Assembly (NCBI GenBank): GCA_046075565.1
Contig: JBJTQJ010000128.1
Span: 1-12,257 of the forward strand
Length of the DNA: 12,257 nucleotides
Source of the DNA: Verrucomicrobiales bacterium
GTDB taxonomy: Bacteria; Verrucomicrobiota; Verrucomicrobiia; Verrucomicrobiales; SLCJ01
Direction: 5' to 3'
The first letter of the stretch is position 1. Every line of letters starts with the position of its first letter. The translations under genes and the position numbers were made by a program. Below, one piece after another: positions 6,886 through 12,257 of the stretch. Below the pieces are notes generated by a model. That model did not search any database. It was not told the origin of the DNA and saw only the letters and a list, made by a program, of their open reading frames with translations.

Positions 6886-7649
6886 CCAATCGCTCCGAGG
6901 CCAGCCATTTCGCCGGTGGGCTGGTGCTGAACGCGCCGGACGGTAGTTCGCGTTATTCGAAAGACTTCGATGTTTTCCACGATGCGGTGCAAGATCTCAC
7001 GAATCACAGCGAACGGGATGTGCAATCGCTTCGTGATGCCGGATTCGAGGTCACTCTGTTGGAGCGCTCCGACGAGTGGCGAAAACCCGCCTCGTTTCGC
7101 CAGGCGATTGTCACCCGTGGCGGTGACTTCGTTACCCTCGACTGGGCTCATGACTCCGCTTGGCGGTTTTTTCCAATACAGGAGGATGAGCAACTTGGAT
7201 GGAAACTCCATCTCTTTGATGTGGCGGTGAACAAGGCTCTGGCCCTGGCCGCGCGCTCGGAGACACGGGATTATGTGGATATCCTCGACCTCGCGCGGGT
7301 TTACCCGCTCGAAGCCATCGTCTGGGCAGCCTGTGGAAAGGACCCGGGATTCAGTCCGCTTTATCTATTGAAGATGATGCGGCGATTTGCCAAAATCGTG
7401 CCCGGAACACTGGAGGAAATCAAGGCTCGCGACCTTGACCCGCTGGCCATGAAGGCGGAGTGGACTGAAATTTGCGATCAAGCCGAGGTTGAAATGATTC
7501 GCCTTGCCGATACCCGGCTAGACATGCCGATAGGCGTTGCCTTTGTGGACGACCGGGGAAGCGCGGGCTGGATTGGGAGAAATCCGAATCTCCGAATTCA
7601 TCTTCCAAGCCTGCGTGGTTGCTGGCCCGCGATCCATTCGGAACTTTGA
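6840..7649 (+). CDS. AbiEii/MenT (DUF1814-like) nucleotidyltransferase, putative toxin, 269 aa
   Basis: From ATG 6840 (MPLTEFQREVL): HFAGGLVL, RYSKDFDVF (DxD) and NKALALAARSETRDYVD match the AbiEii motifs GG, RxSxDxD and KxxA...RxxxRDxxD. Confidence 0.85.
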   Translation: MPLTEFQREVLAVLVANRSEASHFAGGLVLNAPDGSSRYSKDFDVFHDAVQDLTNHSERDVQSLRDAGFEVTLLERSDEWRKPASFRQAIVTRGGDFVTLDWAHDSAWRFFPIQEDEQLGWKLHLFDVAVNKALALAARSETRDYVDILDLARVYPLEAIVWAACGKDPGFSPLYLLKMMRRFAKIVPGTLEEIKARDLDPLAMKAEWTEICDQAEVEMIRLADTRLDMPIGVAFVDDRGSAGWIGRNPNLRIHLPSLRGCWPAIHSEL

Positions 7650-7659
7650 TTCCGTTATC

Positions 7660-7675
7660 CCGAAGGCGACTTCGG
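7660..7675. terminator. GNRA-tetraloop hairpin between convergent genes
   Basis: CCGAAG-GCGA-CTTCGG in the 47-bp gap between the stops at 7649 and 7697; no U-tract, so a terminator role is uncertain. Confidence 0.4.
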
Positions 7676-7696
7676 CCGGTGGACGTTTGTGTGTCA

Positions 7697-8491
7697 TCAC
7701 CGTGTGTCTTCGGTCGCAAATCGCCAGGTCACTTCGAGATCTTTCGGGTAATCGCGGAAATCAGGGCCGAGGACGAACAAGGCGGTGGCCCACGCGTCGG
7801 CAGTCGCGCAATCATCGGCCAACACGGAGACGGAACAAGGCGGTCGCTGCACGGGCTGGTGCGTGCGTGGATCGATCAGGTGGCCGGGTTGGTGGTAATT
7901 GCCGCTGGTGGCGAGTGCGCGTTTGCGCAACGTGAGATGGCGGGAGATTTCACGTTTTCCATTTTGCGGACGTTCGATCTCCACGGCCCATTCCCCGTCG
8001 CCCGCGAGCACTTCACCTCCGAGTTCGAAAACAAAATCATGCATACCGATGGATCGCAGTTTCTCCCCGACACGATCCACGGCGAAGCCTTTGCCGATGG
8101 CCGAGAGATCGACACCATTTCCGGATGGTCCGTAACCCGCCGCGTGCACATCGGCGAGAATCCGATGATCAAAGGCTCCTCCGCTGGCGGTGCGGATGGA
8201 TTCCGCGAGATCGAGCACACGTTGGAGGTCCGGGCTGGCCAGTTTGCCCCGGTTGAATTGGCTGAGGTCGGAGTCGGCGCGCCATTGGCTGAGGGTTTGT
8301 TCCCAATGTTCGAGCACGCCGGCGATGTGTTTCCGGAGATCCTTCGGGGCGTCGCCCCGCCAGGCGAGAGTCCAGCTCGTGCCCATGGCGCTTCCGTTCA
8401 TCGGCGAGTTCGGCTTTGGAGCCCGGGTTTTCCAAACGAGCGCACCCGCGAAAAGCAGGACCAGAAGGCCGATGAACAAGGCACGGATCAT
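7697..8491 (-). CDS. apbE: FAD:protein FMN transferase (flavin transferase), compact 264 aa
   Basis: Motifs AMGT, SDLSQFN, SGGAFD, DLSAIGKGFAVD, ELGGE, ATSGNY, HLIDPRT and ADAWATALFVLG. N-terminal hydrophobic anchor; start overlaps the upstream stop (ATGA, 8488-8491). Confidence 0.95.
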   Translation of the reverse strand: MIRALFIGLLVLLFAGALVWKTRAPKPNSPMNGSAMGTSWTLAWRGDAPKDLRKHIAGVLEHWEQTLSQWRADSDLSQFNRGKLASPDLQRVLDLAESIRTASGGAFDHRILADVHAAGYGPSGNGVDLSAIGKGFAVDRVGEKLRSIGMHDFVFELGGEVLAGDGEWAVEIERPQNGKREISRHLTLRKRALATSGNYHQPGHLIDPRTHQPVQRPPCSVSVLADDCATADAWATALFVLGPDFRDYPKDLEVTWRFATEDTR

Positions 8492-10146
8492 GGCAGAAGA
8501 CGGATGAGCCAGCCGAGGGCGACGAGCGCGGCCGCGACGGCGTCACGGCGGGTGAAATCTCCCGGCGAATGACTGAGGAACTTCAGCAACGCGCCGGTGG
8601 GACAACCATAGTGGCAGTAGGCTTGGGGCAGGAAAACGGCCGCAATGAACCCGACGGTCAGAATAGCGGCGGGAATGAAGGCGTAAAATCCGGCGCTCCA
8701 GACTTCGAAGGGCTCGAAGAGTGCGAAGGGAATGCCGCTGCCGACAAAAGCGAGAGTCCAGATCACGAACAAAGTGAGCCATGGGAGACTTTGGAGGGCA
8801 CGGTGCCAACGGCCGGGCAGGCTGGACCGCTTTTTGCGGATCTTTCCTAACAGGGTCTGGGCAGCGCCATGGGGACAAATACGACTGCAATAAACATTCT
8901 TGCCGGTGAAGGCAGGCACGAGCAAGGCCACGGCGGTGAGCAGGAGCACCGGAAGGCCGGAGGCAAGGAAGAGTCCGTTTTTTCCCCACGAGATCAATTG
9001 GTCCTGTCCGAGCATCCATCCGAGCCCGAGTCCGGCGGCGACGGAGACCAGAGCGAAGGCCATTCGTATTTTTGGTCCAGACCATCGTCGACCCAGCCCT
9101 AGAGCGAGGCCGATGGCCAGCCAGGTGGAGCCGAGGGCGAGCGGCCAGGGGAAGGCGCGTTCTGGTGGTTCGGCGAGATGGCGGCGCAGCATTTCCTGCA
9201 CGGTGGTATTGACGGCATTGGCGGTAACGCTGGCCCCGCTAACAACCAGAGTGTAGTCATCTCCGGTAGCGAGGAAGTCTTGGATCTTTTGTCCGGCGAA
9301 AGGGTCGGCGAAACGGAGCTCATCTTTCGTATCGCCGACATATGGTTCGTTGTCGCGGCTTTCGAAGAGCGCGACACCGAGAATGGTATCTCCTTCAAGG
9401 GCGACCAGCACGTCACTGACGCCATTGAATCCTCGCGCCCCGATTCCCATGCGGCTGGCCCGCAGGACGAGTCCGCATTCTTTTTCTCCGGCGAAGACGC
9501 GGTGGACTCCGGTCTTTTCCGCCGCTTGGATGCGGTCGGCTCCGGGGAACCAACGGGTGACGGTGGCGGGTTCAATCGGGAGCGTGAACCATTGATCCAT
9601 TCCCTTGGCCCCGAAGCGGGCGGCGACGCCGCGAGCCATCGCTTCGCTTGTCAGGGTGGCCCCGCTGACAACACGCGGAGTGCCGGGGTCGCCGAGCGCG
9701 GCATCGGGTTTGCCATTCCATTGCGCCCAGAATTCCGTGTCGGCCTTCACTTTGTCGACATGCCCGATCGTATCGGCGCTATCCAAAAAACGAACGCCCC
9801 GCACTTTCCCCATGGCATCGAAGACGACGAGCAATTCCGATGGGCCGTTGTAGCCGGAGATCGATGCGGCGTCGGGGAAGGTGCTGGTGGCCCAGCCGAG
9901 TGTAGTGCCTTCGGCATTGAGCAACTCGAACATACCATCGGATTCCCCGCCGAGCGCGATTGCTTCCGGCATCACCGTGCGTGCGCCCGCGAGGAGAGCC
10001 TCAGGGCCGCTGCCCGGGGCCTTGCCCGGTGGTGGCGCGAGCGCAAAAATGGCGGCGGCGATGAGGGCGAGTCGAAAGACACCCACCATCAACCGTCGCA
10101 GCCCGCGTTTAGGGCTTTTGGGCGCCGAGGGCGTCGCGCAGCTCAT
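8488..10146 (-). CDS. NosR/NirI-like membrane protein with two FMN-binding domains and a membrane domain carrying two CX3CP motifs, 552 aa
   Basis: N-terminal TM helix; GYNGPSELLV...VSGATLTS and GFNGVSDVLV...VSGASVTA; several TM helices; YCSRICPHG and YCHYGCPTG. Confidence 0.9.
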   Translation of the reverse strand: MSCATPSAPKSPKRGLRRLMVGVFRLALIAAAIFALAPPPGKAPGSGPEALLAGARTVMPEAIALGGESDGMFELLNAEGTTLGWATSTFPDAASISGYNGPSELLVVFDAMGKVRGVRFLDSADTIGHVDKVKADTEFWAQWNGKPDAALGDPGTPRVVSGATLTSEAMARGVAARFGAKGMDQWFTLPIEPATVTRWFPGADRIQAAEKTGVHRVFAGEKECGLVLRASRMGIGARGFNGVSDVLVALEGDTILGVALFESRDNEPYVGDTKDELRFADPFAGQKIQDFLATGDDYTLVVSGASVTANAVNTTVQEMLRRHLAEPPERAFPWPLALGSTWLAIGLALGLGRRWSGPKIRMAFALVSVAAGLGLGWMLGQDQLISWGKNGLFLASGLPVLLLTAVALLVPAFTGKNVYCSRICPHGAAQTLLGKIRKKRSSLPGRWHRALQSLPWLTLFVIWTLAFVGSGIPFALFEPFEVWSAGFYAFIPAAILTVGFIAAVFLPQAYCHYGCPTGALLKFLSHSPGDFTRRDAVAAALVALGWLIRLLP

Positions 10147-11938
10147 CGAGATTGTTGAAGCGTTGGTTGCCGGGCATGCGCCAGAGGGTTTTGATCTCGT
10201 CGAGGTGTTTCTCGTAAACCTCGCGCGGTGTGCAGTCGCGCGCGGTGGCCAGAGCGGCAGCGCGCCCGACGGTGATACCCATCATGCCGATGGTTTTCAT
10301 CACGCGGATGGTGCCCAGGGCCCGGCGATCGACACTGATGTTGCGGCCGGCCATGAAAAGATTCGGCACGTTGCGCGAGTAGAAACAACGGTAGGGAATG
10401 GGATAACCGGATGAACGATCCACGCCCTTGCCGTGGTCGGCGCGGGCGATGAAAGGATGTTCGGGCAAGGCGTGCACATATTCCTCCTGCGGGTAGTGCA
10501 GGTCGATGCTCCAGGTGGTGTGCACCACGGCATCGGGGAACTCTTTTTTCGCCACGATCTCGTCGCCGGTGAGGATGATGTCGCCGAGAAGTTGCTGGGT
10601 CTCGCGGGTTCCTCCGACATAAGCGAGCCAGGAGAGTTTGGCATTGGCATGGCCATTGGGGTCGCGCTCGGCATGGGCCTTGCGGTTCTTGATGGCGTTC
10701 CACGCACTGAACGCGCTGACGAGGTTCCAGTCGCGGGTGATTTCGAGTTCCTTGATCGGGTGTTTGTCGAAACCGCTTTCCCAGAACCATTCGGCATGAC
10801 CGCGTTTCGGGTAGGGGAAACTCTTCGATTCGAATGCGAGCATCCATGGCTGTTCGGCAAAAGCGACCGGGCCATCGGTGTTCTCCCACATCCACATGTT
10901 GCTCATGCCCATGCGGCCCTTGTCGGTCATGGTGAGGTCGGCGCCCGCCCATTGGCCGATAAACCCATGGCCGGTGCAATCGGCAAAGAAACGCCCGTTG
11001 ATTCGTTTGATTTTACCTGTTCCGATTTCCAGCACCTTGACTCCGGCGATCTTGCCGTTGTCCATTTCGAGTCCGTAGGCGTGATGTCCTAACAAGAGTG
11101 TGATATTTTTTTCCGCGCGCACGACCTGCTCTTTCTTGTCATCCACGAACTCTTCGGCCGGGGCGGGGGAGGCTTTGGCTTCGTCTTGGATCTCGCGGAT
11201 GATGTCGGCCAACGGGTATTGGCTGGGAGGCAGGTTGCCTTTGGCCCAGACGCGGATTTCCGAGGACCCGTTGCCGCCGAGCACCTCGCGGTTCTGGATA
11301 AGCGCGACCTTGGCCCCCATGCGGGCGGCGGAGATCGCTGCTCCCAATCCGCCGTAGCCGCCACCAATGACGACCAAATCGAAGCCCTCGAGGGTTTCTC
11401 CGTTGCCGGGGGCTCCGCGGAATTTCCACTGGGCGCGGTCGGCGATATGATTTTCCGCCGGAGGCGCGAAAGTGGGGTCACTGCTGAGCAAGATGGCGTC
11501 GACGCGGCCGTTGAAGCCCGTGAGGTCGCGCAGGGCGATGGTGGTCTCGCCGGTGGAAAGGGCGGCTTCGCCGGCGGGTTGCCATGTCCAGACATCGGGG
11601 CCGACCCCGAGCGTGTCGCCGGACTTTTTCCCATTCACCAGAAGTTCGAAGGCACCGGCTCCGGAGGCGCGCCCGAGGCGCTTGGTCCAGTCGAGGGAGC
11701 GCACCCAGACCCGGTAAGTGCCAGGCTTTTCAATCTGCACCTTGGTGCTGGCGTCGGCGACCGGTTGGCCGAGACCGTGGGCGATGAGGTAGGGGGAACC
11801 CATACTCTCGATGAACTGGGTATCCACTCCCCATCCCCCTTTGTCGGCGAATTGTTCGGCTTCGATCAAGATGGTTTCCGCCCGGCCCGGGCCGAACAAC
11901 AGCAGGGAGGCGCATCCAAGGAGAAAGTGGGTTTTCAT
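10109..11938 (-). CDS. Secreted FAD-dependent oxidoreductase (FAD_oxidored/PF12831-like) with an N-terminal beta-sandwich domain, 609 aa
   Basis: ATG 11938, signal peptide MKTHFLLGCASLLLFGPGRA|E; IEAEQF...PGTYRVWVR beta-sandwich; DLVVIGGGYGGLGAAISAAR, LGGNGSSE, FADCTGHG, YPIPYRC and NLFMAGRNIS. Overlaps the next gene by 38 bp. Confidence 0.92.
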   Translation of the reverse strand: MKTHFLLGCASLLLFGPGRAETILIEAEQFADKGGWGVDTQFIESMGSPYLIAHGLGQPVADASTKVQIEKPGTYRVWVRSLDWTKRLGRASGAGAFELLVNGKKSGDTLGVGPDVWTWQPAGEAALSTGETTIALRDLTGFNGRVDAILLSSDPTFAPPAENHIADRAQWKFRGAPGNGETLEGFDLVVIGGGYGGLGAAISAARMGAKVALIQNREVLGGNGSSEIRVWAKGNLPPSQYPLADIIREIQDEAKASPAPAEEFVDDKKEQVVRAEKNITLLLGHHAYGLEMDNGKIAGVKVLEIGTGKIKRINGRFFADCTGHGFIGQWAGADLTMTDKGRMGMSNMWMWENTDGPVAFAEQPWMLAFESKSFPYPKRGHAEWFWESGFDKHPIKELEITRDWNLVSAFSAWNAIKNRKAHAERDPNGHANAKLSWLAYVGGTRETQQLLGDIILTGDEIVAKKEFPDAVVHTTWSIDLHYPQEEYVHALPEHPFIARADHGKGVDRSSGYPIPYRCFYSRNVPNLFMAGRNISVDRRALGTIRVMKTIGMMGITVGRAAALATARDCTPREVYEKHLDEIKTLWRMPGNQRFNNLDELRDALGAQKP

Positions 11939-11950
11939 GGCGCGTCCAGA

Positions 11951-11978
11951 TACGCACCTGGGTAGCGTCCGGCTTTCA
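11951..11978 (-). promoter_or_regulatory. Candidate ECF-sigma-like promoter TGAAAG-N18-CGTA
   Basis: Ends 12 nt upstream of ATG 11938; similar to TGAAAC-N16-CGTA ECF promoters but with a longer spacer. Confidence 0.35.
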
Positions 11979-12118
11979 TTTCCGGGGAAGAAAGCCTGGG
12001 AACGCTCGACATCGACGCTCTCGGACAACCGGGTCTGGCCCGCCACAGGCCCCAGAACGGAGGTGCCCCGGTCGCCGGCCTGTTTTTCCATTTCCGGGAC
12101 AGGTTTCTCGCTTTTCAC

Positions 12119-12147
12119 TTGCGGCGGGGCCAGTTCCGCCCTATGCG
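12119..12147 (+). promoter_or_regulatory. Candidate sigma70 promoter TTGCGG-N17-TATGCG, leaderless geometry
   Basis: -10 at 12142-12147, 6-nt gap, ATG 12154; the -10 lacks the conserved final T. Confidence 0.4.
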
Positions 12148-12153
12148 GTGAGC

Positions 12154-12257
12154 ATGGAATTACTCGTTGCCGTCTTATGTGACGCCGCCGGAGATTACGG
12201 TGGCACGTTGAACCTTATTGGGGTGCGGGACACCCTCTATGCCCGCCAGTTTCCCGT
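12154..12257 (+). CDS. DUF6941-like protein, N-terminal 34 aa; runs off the right edge
   Basis: Hand translation MELLVAVLCDAAGDYGGTLNLIGVRDTLYARQFP matches the LCDxA...GKLNxxGxFDxI...FP pattern as I recall it. Not in the ORF track. Confidence 0.7.
   Translation, partial: MELLVAVLCDAAGDYGGTLNLIGVRDTLYARQFP

Noticed and set aside
6603-7675. 9-bp direct repeat CGACTTCGG (6603-6611, 7667-7675) as a target-site duplication around the TA pair
   Set aside because: The left copy is inside the promoter spacer and the right copy inside a hairpin; there are no terminal inverted repeats or transposase, so chance is likely.
8488-10146. Calling the gene nosR (denitrification)
   Set aside because: No nosZ, nosD or nir genes nearby, and the architecture differs (two FMN domains, no C-terminal ferredoxin motifs).
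11939-12118. 60-aa N-terminal extension of the FAD oxidoreductase; 10-bp repeat CATTTCCGGG (11977-11986, 12089-12098)
   Set aside because: The extension would bury the signal peptide that starts at 11938; the repeat is short and has no supporting context.

Overview
GC-rich bacterial DNA, most likely Verrucomicrobiota (Luteolibacter/Akkermansiaceae-like, inferred from the gene families). Left to right: (1) the 5' end of a leftward secreted beta-strand-rich surface protein, missing from the ORF track; (2) about 700 bp of non-coding DNA with a 15-bp tandem repeat, palindromes and a cluster of REP-like hairpins; (3) a leftward gene pair, a 1197-aa PilX/Verru_Chthon-A-like giant pseudopilin with a lower-GC central block, followed by a 228-aa exported protein; (4) a divergent GntR-HTH/LacI-sensor regulator whose promoter carries a 22-bp palindrome that recurs (20/22) 4944 bp away, upstream of the surface-protein gene; (5) a small ORF plus an AbiEii/MenT-type nucleotidyltransferase (putative toxin-antitoxin pair); (6) a leftward three-gene extracytoplasmic redox operon (secreted FAD oxidoreductase, double-FMN-domain NosR/NirI-like membrane protein, compact ApbE); (7) the start of a DUF6941-like gene. 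The best candidates for undescribed systems are the operator-bracketed mosaic pseudopilin module and the non-denitrification flavinylation operon. All family calls come from motif recognition by eye, not database searches.
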